DNA from: an uncultured Actinomycetes bacterium
GTDB taxonomy: Bacteria > Actinomycetota > Thermoleophilia > Solirubrobacterales > 70-9
Length of the DNA stretch: 64,000 nt
Direction of reading: 5' to 3'
Assembly: GCA_963738305.1 (NCBI GenBank)
Contig: CAVTVU010000012.1
Coordinates: 40,302 to 104,301, forward strand
Shown in pieces: positions 9,056 to 18,473 of the stretch. A model generated the notes under the pieces. That model was not told the origin of the DNA, ran no database searches, and saw only the letters and a list, made by a program, of their open reading frames with translations. Position 1 is the first letter of the stretch. Every line of letters starts with the position of its first letter. Both the position numbers and the translations under genes were made by a program.

Positions 9056-10642
9056 TCAGCGAACGCCGAAGAGCTTGCGCGGCTGGCGCTGGTCCGGACC
9101 GCCGGTCTCGGGGCCCGAGACCCCGGCGTAGTAGTGGTAGTCCTTGCCGCCGGTTCGCGGAGCGCCGACGATTGCGAACCCGACCGGCTTTATCCCGTTC
9201 TCGGCGAGCAGCTCGGCGAGCTGGAGGACCCGGTCGAGGCGGGTCTGGCCCAGTCGCGCCACGACGACGACGTCGTCGGCGTGGCGCGCCAGCGGCAGGG
9301 CGTCGACGACCTCGGTCAGGGGGGCGGAGTCGATGACGACGTAGTCGGCAAGCGCCTTTGCCTCCTCGATCATCTGCTCCGCGGCGGGGATCGAGAACAG
9401 CTCGGCGATCCAGCCGCCCTCGTAGTCGGCGAGCAGCATCTGCAGGTTCGGCCCGAAGTTCGGGGAGGTGACCAGGGCGTTGGATAGCTCGGTGTTCTCG
9501 ATCAGCGTGCTGACGACGCCGCCGTTCTCGGGCGTCACCCCGAGGGCCTGCCCGAGCGACGGCCGGCGCAGATCGGATTCGATCAGGATCACCCGCTGTC
9601 CTGCCAGCGCCAGCGAGGCGGCGAGGTTCACGGCGGTAGTCGTCTTGCCCTCCGAGACCGACGACCCCGTGACCAGGATCACCCGGCCCGTGGTGGCGCC
9701 GGGCGCGTTGCGCGCCAGGGTCGCCCGAAGCGTCCGGTAAGCCTCCGCGGTGGCCGGCGCCACCGCCCTGGGGCCGAGGGGCTCCGATGCGCGACCGCTG
9801 GAGTCGCGCGGAACTCTGGTCAGGATCGGCAGGCGGTAGCGGCGCCGGAGCTGCTGCTCGCGTCGGAGGCGGGGGTCGAGCGCCTGGGCGGCGAAGGCGG
9901 CACCGATGCCGAGGATGAGCCCGGCGAAGATGCCGCCGGCGATGCTCAGCACCGGCCGCGGTGAGACCTGGCTGGAGGGCAGGTCGGAGAGGGAGTCGAC
10001 GGAGATGGTCGGGTCGGGGCCGTTGCCGAGCGTCTGCAGCAACGCCAGCTCCGCCCCCAGTGACCCGGTCCCGGATGCCTGCGAGGGGTCCCTGGCTATC
10101 TGCTGGCGCAGCAGCGGCGCGGTCTCGGCGACGCGATCGTGCAGGCGCTGCGTGCGGTCCGCGACCGCCTGCTTGGCGAAGGTGTCGGCCAGCTGCTTGG
10201 CGAGCTGCGGTGAGTCGGCGGTGGCGGTGACTGCGACGACATTGCTCTGCGCGATCGGCTCGGCGCTGATCTTGGAGAGGAGAGACTGAGGCGTCTCATT
10301 GCTGCCCGTGGCCCTCTGCACCCGCCGGGCGACGTCTATGTTGGTGACGAACTTGGATGCGGTTTCGACCGGGCGGGTCGGGTCGCTGGAGTCGGTGATC
10401 AGGCCCAGCGTGGCCAGGGTGGGGTCGGCGCTGGAGACCGGCGTGATCAACAGCGTCGACTGCGCGTCGTACATCTTGGTCGCGGTCAGCACATAGATCA
10501 GGGCGATCGCCGTGGTCACCAAGGTCGTAAGCACGATCAGCCAGAGGCGCTCGCGGATCGTCTCCACATAACTCTGCAGCCCGCTCTGCTCCTCGGCGGG
10601 CTGCAGCCAGTCCGCGGCATAGTTGTCGATCGGGTCTCTCAT
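9056..10642 (-). CDS. polysaccharide co-polymerase (Wzz-like) fused to a BY-type tyrosine kinase
   Basis: An N-terminal TM, periplasmic coiled region and second TM are followed by Walker A (VLVTGSSVSEGKTTTAVNLAASLA), Walker A' (ILIESDLRRP) and Walker B (YVVIDSAP). The C-terminal tail is Tyr-rich (KDYHYYAG). Confidence 0.85.
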   Translation of the reverse strand: MRDPIDNYAADWLQPAEEQSGLQSYVETIRERLWLIVLTTLVTTAIALIYVLTATKMYDAQSTLLITPVSSADPTLATLGLITDSSDPTRPVETASKFVTNIDVARRVQRATGSNETPQSLLSKISAEPIAQSNVVAVTATADSPQLAKQLADTFAKQAVADRTQRLHDRVAETAPLLRQQIARDPSQASGTGSLGAELALLQTLGNGPDPTISVDSLSDLPSSQVSPRPVLSIAGGIFAGLILGIGAAFAAQALDPRLRREQQLRRRYRLPILTRVPRDSSGRASEPLGPRAVAPATAEAYRTLRATLARNAPGATTGRVILVTGSSVSEGKTTTAVNLAASLALAGQRVILIESDLRRPSLGQALGVTPENGGVVSTLIENTELSNALVTSPNFGPNLQMLLADYEGGWIAELFSIPAAEQMIEEAKALADYVVIDSAPLTEVVDALPLARHADDVVVVARLGQTRLDRVLQLAELLAENGIKPVGFAIVGAPRTGGKDYHYYAGVSGPETGGPDQRQPRKLFGVR

Positions 10643-10732
10643 CGTGGCTTGGTTCGGGGCGCCGCATCGCGCTCCTGCGCACCGCGATTCTTACATCGGC
10701 GCCGTCGCGGCCTTGCGTTAGCTTTGGGCGCG

Positions 10733-12730
10733 ATGTCGGAACCGCGTCCCGAGCCGGAGCCGTCTCGGCCGGGCGGCGGGGATCCCGCCGAGGCGCCGAG
10801 CGCCTCCGCGGTGAGGCCGGAGGCCGCGATTCCGCTCCTGATCGCTGCCCTGGGCCTGGTCGCCTGGTGGGGCTGGAAGCAGGGCGCCTACTTCGGGCCG
10901 GTCTTCTACCCGGGCGCGATCGCACTCTTCCTGCTGGTCGCCCTGGCGCTGATGATCGTCCCGCTCCCGGGCCGCCCCGATCCCTTCGCCACCCTCGCGC
11001 TTGCGGCCGTTGGCGGGCTGGGAGCCTGGACCCTGGCCTCGATCCTCTGGACCCCCACGCCCGCGGCGGCGCTCGCCGACGCCCAGCGGGTCTTCGCCTA
11101 CGCGGCCGTCTTCGGCGTCGGGCTCTGGACGGTGCGCCTCCTGGGTGCGAGGTCGATTGGCGCCCTGCTCCCGGTCGCGATCGGTGGTGCGGGAGTCGGG
11201 GCAGCGACCGTGATCGCATTCGGGACCGGGTCGGACTTCAACTGGTTGCTGCACTCCGACGCCACCCTGAGGTTCCCGATCGGGTACCGCAACGCCAACG
11301 CCGCCTTCTTCCTCACCTGCCTGTGGCCGCTGATCGGCCTCGCTACCCACAACGAGTGGCGCTGGTATCTGCGGGCCCTGGCGGTCGCGGCCGCGACGAT
11401 GCTGATCGAGCTGGCGATCCTCGCCCAGAGCCGGGGGTCCCTGCCGGCGGCTGCGGTCGCCCTGCTGGCGGTGCTGGTCCTCTCACCGCACCGTTTGCGA
11501 TCAGCGGTCCTCGTCGTGCTGGCCGCGATCCCGACGATCCCGGCGCTGCCGGCGCTCCTCGACGTCTACCGCCACGGCACCGCCGACCGGGGGGTCGTGC
11601 CGCTCCTGCACGACGCGGCCGCGGCGGTGGCGCTCAGCACGGCGGGATCGCTGCTTCTAGCGGCGATCGCCCTGGGCCTCGTCTATCCGCAGCTGCGCCT
11701 CGGCCCCGCCCGGGTGCGGGCTATCTCCTGGGTGGCGGGGGTGGCGGCGACCCTCGTCGTCCTCGCCGGGGGGGCGATCTTCGTCGCCAAGCCACGGCGG
11801 CCCGGTCGGCTTCGTCGACCAGAGGGTGAAGGAGTTCGGCAAGGTCGGGTACCCCGACCTGCGCAGCCAGGGAATCCGCTACGGCGCCAACGTCGGCTCC
11901 AATCGCCACGACTTCTGGCGGGTCGGGCTCGACCAGGCGGTGGATCACCCCCTGCTCGGGGGCGGAGCCGGCTCCTTTCAGATCGCCTACCTCCGACATC
12001 GCCGCAGCGGCGAGAGCCCGCGGGACCCGCACAGCCTGATCGTCAGGGTGGCCTCGGAGCTGGGCCTGACCGGCCTCGCGCTGCTGATCGCCTTCGTCGT
12101 CGGCTGCCTCGGCGCGGCGGTCCGGTCCAGGCGCCGCGGGCCGGCTCGCCGCGGCGCTGGTCGCCGCGGCGCTGGCCGGGCGGGGTGCAGTGGTTCGTCC
12201 AGGGCTGTTACGACTGGTTCTGGCAGTACCCGGGAGTGAGCGCGCCCGGCTTCTACCTGCTCGGAGTCGCGGCCGGGCCGGCGATTGCCGCCCGGCGGCG
12301 AGCCCCGGCGGCCGCGCCGGTCCGCTGGGCGCTGGCGGCTGCGCTCGTTGCGGCGGCCCTGGTCGCGGTGCCGCTGTTCGTCTCCGACCGCTACGCGCAG
12401 CGCGGGCTGGCCGAGGTCGGCAGCGACCCGGACGCGGCCCTGCGAGACCTGGGGCGGGCCGCCGACCTCAATCCGCTTGCCGACGAGCCCCTGATCGAGC
12501 GCGGAGCCGTCGCGGCGGGCGTCGGTGATCCTGCCCTCGCCCTGAGCAGCTTCCGCGACGCGGTGGACCGGGTGCCCGACAACTACGCCTCCCACTGGTT
12601 CATCGCCCGCGAGCTGCTGCACTCCAGGCCGGCGGCGGCCCGCGCCGCCCTCGAGCGCGCCCGCGAGCTGAACCCGCGAGGGCCCGAGGTGCGGGCTCTC
12701 GAGAGGCGCCTGCGACGAGAAGGGAGGTAG
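10733..12730 (+). pseudogene. O-antigen ligase-like membrane protein with C-terminal TPR repeats; frameshifted as given
   Basis: The TM-rich N-terminus is in frame 2. The ligase loop (GGGAGSFQIAYL...DPHSLIVRVASELGLTGLALLIAF) is in frame 3 (ORF 11826-12239). A helix LAAALVAAALAG is in frame 1. The sequence then returns to frame 2 (VQWFVQGCYDWFWQYP...) and ends in TPR-like repeats. This needs three +1 shifts, near 11789, 12125-12140 and 12178-12184. Confidence 0.65.
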
Positions 12731-12799
12731 CCGGCTTGCACGATTCGCGGCCGTCTGCCAGAATGCCCGCGACCGCGCGCCCTCCCGGCAGGGAGCGGC

Positions 12800-13123
12800 G
12801 TGGCTGGCATCGAAAATGAGCCGCACTCGTCCACAAGATCAGAAGCAGCGCGCGATTCGCTGTCGGTCGCCGTGCTCGGCGCCCTCCTTGCCCTGATGCT
12901 CTGGGCTCCCGGCGCCTCGGCTTCGGACCCGACCCAGGAGCAGTACAACCCGGTGACGCACGTTGCGCACGGGAGCGGCGCCTCCGGCCTGGAGAAGACG
13001 GTCGTAAGCGGCCTTCCCTTCACCGGCCTCGACCTGATCGCCCTGCTCGGGGTCGCGGTGCTGCTGACCTCGATGGGCCTGGCGCTGCGGCGCCTCACCG
13101 TCGATCGCGACTCGCACAGCTGA
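12800..13123 (+). CDS. small secreted LPXTG-type (LPFTG) cell-wall-anchored protein
   Basis: Signal-like helix LSVAVLGALLALMLWAPGASA. The C-terminal sorting signal is LPFTG, then a hydrophobic helix (LDLIALLGVAVLLTSMGLAL), then RR. An SD-like AGGGAG precedes GTG 12800. Confidence 0.65.
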   Translation: MAGIENEPHSSTRSEAARDSLSVAVLGALLALMLWAPGASASDPTQEQYNPVTHVAHGSGASGLEKTVVSGLPFTGLDLIALLGVAVLLTSMGLALRRLTVDRDSHS

Positions 13124-13227
13124 GCGGCGCGCCGCCTGCATCGTCCGGCGCGGCCTCGCCTAGACTTCGGCGGTGAAGGTTCGGCTCCTCTTGCGGCGAA
13201 GAGAGCCTGACGGCACCTCGAATCGAG

Positions 13228-13705
13228 ATGGATGAGCAATCCAAATCCCCGCAGAGCAAGGGTGGGGCCGAGAGGCCTCCGGTTCCAGGCTCCGCGCAGT
13301 CGAGCCTGAGCGCGATCGGGCGGATCCAGGTGATGATCGACGCCGCCGAGCGCTCGGCGACAGAGATCGCCGAGTCGGCTGCGCTCCTGGCCAAGCGCGC
13401 CTCGGAGATCAGGATCGAGTCCGAGGAGTTGATCTCCTCGCTCGAGGAGACCAAGTCCGAGATCCAGCAGCAGCTGAGCCCGGCTCCGCCCGACGCCACC
13501 CGGCAGGCGCGGACGCTGGCGATTGCCGAGGAAGGATGTCGAGGAGAACGGTCTCTCGGCGGGGGCACGGCTGCTGGCGACGCAGATGTCGGTGGCCGGC
13601 AGCAGCCGAGAGGAAATCGAGAACCGGCTCCGCGATGAGTTTCACATCGAGAAGCCCGAGTCGATGCTGGACGGGATCCTCGGCGAGCGGGAGCAGTCCG
13701 GTTAG
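13228..13705 (+). pseudogene. coiled-coil hypothetical protein, paralog 1 (one frameshift as given)
   Basis: MDEQSKSPQSKGG...IQVMIDAAERSATEIAESAALLAKRASEI... is in frame 1. The conserved C-terminal module ARLLATQMSVAGSSREEIENRLRDEFHIEKPESMLDGILG is in frame 2. The shift lies between 13478 and about 13540. Confidence 0.5.
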
Positions 13706-13806
13706 GCCTGCGCGCGCAGGCGAGCTCCAATCGGCTGGAAGCGCCAGGCGCCGCACTGCGTTCTCCCTTGAGAGCCGCCTCGTTTCGATCAAGCGCCAGA
13801 CGAACG

Positions 13807-14461
13807 ATGAACGAGCAGCCGAATACCGCCGCACTCCGGGGGCGACGCCCGGCCGCAGCGCCCCGGCCCGGGCCCGCATGGCCCAGAACGCCGCCGAGCG
13901 CCTGGCGGTGATCATCGACGCCGTCGAGCAGGCCGCTGCCGGCGTGATCGACGACGCCGAGGCGCAGGCAAAGCAGCATCTCGAGCGGGCCCGGCGCGGG
14001 CCGAGCGGATCGGCTCGCAGCGAGAGGATCCGGGCGATCACCGAGCTGACCGACGGCCTGATCGAGCAGGCCGAGGCGCTGAAGCGCCAGGCCGACAGCC
14101 TGATCGCCGCCTTCGGCGAGGCGAACGCGGGGGTGGCCTCTCCCGGCGAGGGCGAGGTCCTGGAGCCGGCGCCGGATCAGGCCGAGGCGCCCGCCGAGCC
14201 GCGCAGGTCGCGGAGCCCGGCGGACCGCAGGAGGAGGCCGCCGGACCGCGCCCGCAACTGTCCCACCTGAAGCCGTGGGCCCGCCGAAGGCGGGCTCGCC
14301 CGGCTCGAGCGCCGCCACGCTCGGTGGGGACACGGCTGCTTGTCACCCAGATGGCGATCTCGGGAGCGAGTCGCCGAGAGATCGAGGCCCGCCTTCGCAA
14401 CGAGCTTGGCGTCCAGGACACCTCGCAGGTGGTCGACGCGATCCTCGGCCCGGAGGACTGA
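13807..14461 (+). pseudogene. coiled-coil hypothetical protein, paralog 2 (at least 2 frameshifts as given)
   Basis: MNEQPNTAALRG (frame 1) parallels the MDEQSKSPQSKG start of paralog 1. AERLAVIIDAVEQAAAGVIDDAEAQAKQHLE...LIEQAEALKRQADSLIAAF is in frame 3. The C-terminal module LLVTQMAISGASRREIEARLRNELGVQDTSQVVDAILGPED is in frame 2 and ends at TGA 14459-14461. Confidence 0.45.
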
Positions 14462-14852
14462 GGTGCACGAGGACCCGACCCGGATGATGGGCGCCGGTGA
14501 CGGGGACGAGGCGCAGGGGCGCCGGAGGCGGGCGCCCGCACGGCAACATGCGGCTGCTGGTCGCCGCGCCTGATCGCGGTGATCGTCGGGCTGATCGTCG
14601 CCGTGATCGTGATCGCCAGCGATGATGGCGGCGGTGGTGAGCACGACCGCGACGACCCCGACCGCTGTCGACGACCAGCGAGCCGACCACGACCAGCGAG
14701 CCGACGACCACACCACGCAGGCGACGACCGCCACGGCGCCGACCACCACGACCACGCCGACCACGACGCCGACCACGACCCGACGACGCCCACCACAGCG
14801 GCGGGACCGGCGCCGGCGGAGGCGGGGGGGGCAGCGGAGGGGTCGCGGCGCC

Positions 14853-15538
14853 CTAGCCGTCGCGGTCGGCGCGGGCGCGATCCGGCTCAGCCGGGCGAAG
14901 ACGATGTAGCGCTGGGCGGCGCTGTAGAGCGGGTGGCAGGCGCTGAGGACGAGCCGCTCGTAGCCGACCGGCCTGACCACGCCGACGTCGCCGGGATCGA
15001 CGATGTCGGTCTTCTGCACCCGGTAGACGAAGGTCGCGTAGGGCATCTCGAGGGTCACCGGGTCGCCCCGCTTCATCGAGTCGATGTGGCGGAAGGGGGC
15101 CAGGTAGGTGGTCCGGTGGCCGGCGATCCCGACGGTCCCGCGCTCGCCCGGGAAAGGCGAGTCTGTGGGTAGTGCCCGGGCCCCTTGCGCAGGCTGGCGG
15201 TGTCGGTGCCCTGGACGACGACCGCGTTGAGGCCGTCCATGTCGGGGGCGATGATCCGCCCGATCGCGTCTCCCGCTGTCGATCTGGCGGCCGAAGCGGC
15301 GGGCGAGGATCGAGGCCCTGGCCCTCAGGCCGCTGACTCCGCGCATCGCCCTGCGGTCGGCCGGGGTCGGGTAGTTGGCCTCCAGCTCGGAGAGCTGGTC
15401 GGCGGCCTGGTCCTGCTGGATCTCGCCGTAGATCGAGGAGACCGGCTCCTTGTAGGCGAGGGTGAGGCCGACGTCGGCCAGGACCACGAGCCCGGCGGTG
15501 ATCAGGGCGATCGCGAGGATGTGGCCGAGCCGCCTCAT
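14853..15538 (-). pseudogene. sortase family transpeptidase (class E-like); internal frameshift pair; 3' end uncertain
   Basis: N-terminal TM is MRRLGHILAIALITAGLVVLADVGL. The catalytic region reads GTVGIAGHRTTYLAPFRHID...YERLVLSACHPLYSAAQRYIVFARL. The conserved segment GDAIGRIIAPDMDGLNAVVVQGTDTASLRKGPGHYPQT is in another frame between about 15270 and 15160. The uninterrupted track ORF runs on to 14177, but that tail is low-complexity shadow sequence. Confidence 0.7.
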
Positions 15539-15696
15539 CGCGAGCAGTCTGACAGCGGCGGCCGCCGTCCCGGAACGCTCGCGTGGCAGACTTCGGCGCC
15601 CCGATGCCCGAGCCCGAGATGACAGAGGCGACTCGCCGCTGGCGGCGCACCACCGCACCGCCTCCTACGAGGCGGACCCCGACGCAGATCGGCCGG

Positions 15697-16911
15697 GTGC
15701 TGCTGCTCTACTCCGGTGGCCTCGACACGAGCGTGATGCTGCGCTGGATCCAGGAGACCTACGAGGCCGAGATCGTCACCCTGACGATCAACCTCGGCCA
15801 GCCCGACGAGGACTACGAGGTGGTGACGGGCAAGGCCCGCGACCTGGGCGCCGTCGACGCGGTCGTGATCGACGCCCGCGAGGAGTTCGCCGAGGACTAC
15901 GTGCTGCCGGCGATCCTCGCCAACGGCCTCTACGGGGGCGGCTACCCGCTGTTCACCGCTCTGGGGCGGCCGCTGATCGCGAGGCTCGGGGTCGAGACGG
16001 CCCGGCGAACCGGCTGCGACACGATCGCCCACGGCTGCACCGGCAAGGGCAACGACCAGGTGCGGCTCGAGGCGGCCGTCGCCACCCTCGATCCCGAGCT
16101 GAAGGTGATCGCCCCGGTGCGCCAGTGGCGGATGGGTCGCGAGGAGGAGATCGCCTACGCCCGCGAGCACGGGATCCCGATAAAGGGCGGCGCCGAGGCG
16201 GCTCCCTACTCGATCGACGACAACCTCTGGGGGCGCTCCTCGGAGGGGCTGGAGATCGAGGACCTCGGCGCAGCGCCCGCCGCCGGAGGCCTTTCAGCTC
16301 GTCACCCGGCCCGAGGAGGCGCCCGACGAGCCGGAGACGATCCGGGTCGGGCTTCGACGCGGGGCGCCCGGTCTCGCTCGACGGCGAGCGGCTCGAGCTG
16401 GTCGAGCTGCTCGAGCGCGCCGCCGGCGCCGGGCGGCGCCACGGCGTCGGCATCGTCGACCACATCGAGGACCGAATCATCGGCCTGAAGATCCGCGACC
16501 TCTACGAGGTCCCGGCCGCCGCGATCGTCCTCGCCGCGCACCAGGAGCTGGAGAAGCTCGTCTCGACGATCCACCAGAACAACTTCAAGGGCGGGCCTCG
16601 ACCGGCACTGGGCCTACCTCTGCTACTCCGGGCTGTGGCACGAGCCGCTGCGCGAGGATCTCGACGCCTACATGCGCTCGGCCAACCGGTACGTCACCGG
16701 CGAGATCACGATGAAGCTCTTCAAGGGCTCGGCGACCCCGGTCGCCCGCTCCTCGCCCTACGCTCTGTACGACCGCTCGCTGGCAGGCTTCGGCGAGTCC
16801 GGAGGAGAGTTCTCCCAGTCGGCCAGCCCGGGGTTCATCGAGATCTTCACCCTGCAGAGCCGGATGGCGCGTAGGATCCGGCAACGCGGCGAGAGCGAGG
16901 AGGGCTCCTGA
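15697..16911 (+). pseudogene. argG: argininosuccinate synthase, three +1 frameshifts as given
   Basis: VLLLYSGGLDTSVMLRW...GCDTIAHGCTGKGNDQVR...YSIDDNLWGRS is in frame 1. PPEAFQLVTRPEEAPDEPETIRV is in frame 2. GFDAGRPVSLDGERLELVELL...IGLKIRDLYEVPAA...STIHQNNFK is in frame 3. WAYLCYSGLWHEPLREDLDAYM...VTGEITMKLFKGS is back in frame 1. The shifts lie near 16270-16283, 16340-16350 and 16590-16598. The start is uncertain (GTG 15697, ATG 15619 or GTG 15583). Confidence 0.85.
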
Positions 16912-17069
16912 TGTACGAGTTGATCGGCAGAGCAGCCGTCAAGGGGATCGTTCTCATGGTCCGGCTGCGGTACGGCAAGCAGATCCGGGTTGCGGCCGGC
17001 GTCGGCGTCGCCGCGGCCCTGCTCGGCGGCTACTTCCTGGCCACCAGGGGGGACGCGCCGGAGGGTTAG
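16911..17069 (+). CDS. small hypothetical membrane protein (52 aa)
   Basis: The ATG overlaps the argG stop (TGATG). GC3 is high. Sequence is MYELIGRAAVKGIVLMVRLRYGKQIRVAAGVGVAAALLGGYFLATRGDAPEG, with one hydrophobic helix. It is below the ORF-track length cutoff. Confidence 0.4.
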   Translation: MYELIGRAAVKGIVLMVRLRYGKQIRVAAGVGVAAALLGGYFLATRGDAPEG

Positions 17070-17168
17070 GGCGGGTATTCCATGCCGGCGCGGCGCAACT
17101 TCTCGTGCTGTTTATGGACAACCTGTTAGCGTTTCCTCACATTTCAGATAGCTTGCCGCGAGCAATTT

Positions 17169-17313
17169 GACCGCCTAATCCCTCTCGGACCAGGAGAGGG
17201 AGCGGGGGAACCGGAGCGGCCCTGACCTTTGGCGGCGGGGTCGCAGGGGCGAATCACCAACCGTGTAGCGCCACTCCTTCGGCGCGAGCCCGACAGCTAA
17301 CCCCGCAGGCGAC
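17169..17313 (+). promoter_or_regulatory. cyclic-di-AMP riboswitch (ydaO/yuaA motif)
   Basis: The conserved blocks appear in order: CGCCUAAUC, GAGCGGGGGAACC, GGGGCGAAUC, CCCGACAGCUAACCCCGCAGGCG. The 5' CGCC and 3' GGCG can close P1. The element lies in the AT-richest intergenic stretch of the window, directly before the GGAGG SD (17318-17322) of a cell-wall hydrolase gene, which is the classic actinobacterial context. Confidence 0.8.
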
Positions 17314-17327
17314 CGAAGGAGGTATGC

Positions 17328-18436
17328 GTGCCGTCCAGATCCAGAACGCCCCAGCGCCGCAGCCGGCTCCTCGCCGCGCTGCCGCTCGCGCCGCTCGCGC
17401 TCCTCGCGCTGCTCCTTCCGGCCGCCGGCGCCTCGGGCGCCGACGTCGGGACGCTGGAGGCGAAGGTCGCCGACGCCCGCTCGCAGGCGCAGTCGCTGAC
17501 CGCCGAGCTCGCAGGCCGAGCCAGGCCCAGATGGTCGCCGCCCAGCAGCAGGCCGCCGCCGCCGCGGCACGCGAGCAGCAGGTGTCCTCGCTGCTCGCCG
17601 TCGGACAGGAGAGGGCCGCCGAGCTCGCCGCCGGGGTGAGGCGCTCGCAACGGCGGCTGGCGGCCGAGAAGCGCCGGCTGCGCCGGGCCCGGGCGGCCCT
17701 CGCCAGGCGCCTGGTCGCGATCTACGAGGGCGGCGTCCCGGACGCCGACCGAGCTGATCCTCAGCGCGGACGGCTTCGACGACCTCGCCACCCGCAGCGA
17801 CTACCTGAAGGCGATCGAGGACTCCGACACCAGCCTGGCGGCGCGGGTCCGGCAGGTCCGGAACGCGGTTCGCCAAGAACTGACGCCGTGAAGCGTATGA
17901 AGGCCCGCGTCGATGCCTACAACGCCCGCCTCGAGGCGGCCCGCTCGCAGATATCGGCGATCCGGGCCCGCGCGGAGTCGACCGCCGCCCAGTTCCAGGC
18001 GATCGCCTCCTCGCGCCAGGCGACCCTCGCCACCCTGCAGTCGAACATCGAGGGCTGGGTCAGCGACATCCAAGCGGCCCGTGCCGCCGCCGCGGCACAG
18101 GCTGCCCAAGCGGCGCAGGCGGCTCAGGCAGAGCAGGCGGCCCAGGCCGAGCAGGCCGCTGCCGCGACCCAGCAGAGCGCCCAGCAGGAGGTAGAGAAGT
18201 GGCTGGGCGGCCCCTACTCGATCCCCTCCTACATCGTCGCCTGCGAGTCCGGCGGCAACTACGGCGCCGTCAACCCCTCCAGCGGCGCCGGTGGCGCGTA
18301 CCAGATCCTGCCCTCGACCTGGGCCCTCTACGGCGGCAAGGGCAACCCCGAGGACGGCAGCAAGGCGCAGCAGGACCGCATCGCCGCCCAGATCTGGGCC
18401 GACTCGGGTTCCGGCGCTTGGGTCTGCGCCGGCTGA
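17328..18436 (+). pseudogene. secreted coiled-coil protein with C-terminal Rpf/transglycosylase-like domain; three frameshifts as given
   Basis: The signal peptide RRSRLLAALPLAPLALLALLLPAAGASG is in frame 3 from GTG 17328. The coiled coil and the C-terminal domain (YIVACESGGNYGAVNPSSGAGGAYQILPSTWALYGG...AWVCAG) are in frame 2. The segment PTELILSADGFDDLATRSDYLKAIEDSDTSLAARVRQVRNAVRQEL is in frame 3. The shifts lie near 17515-17525, 17744 and 17880. Confidence 0.75.
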
Positions 18437-18473
18437 GAGCCTTCCCACCAGCCGACCCCGAGTCGCCACCACC

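Noticed and set aside
13478-13540. Programmed ribosomal frameshifting at the N-terminal/C-terminal domain junction of the tandem coiled-coil paralogs.
   Set aside because: No slippery heptamer or downstream structure is evident. The two genes would need shifts of different sign. Every neighbouring gene over 7 kb, including argG, is also frameshifted. Local indel error is the simpler explanation.
14177-14852. 3' continuation of the sortase ORF; the track gives 14177-15658 as one 493-aa ORF.
   Set aside because: Beyond ...RYIVFARLSRI the translation becomes RRRRSRR/VVVGVVV low complexity. It is antisense to the plus-strand coiled-coil paralog and the Thr-rich region, so it is likely read-through caused by a missing stop or a local indel. 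The feature was kept to the catalytic-domain extent.
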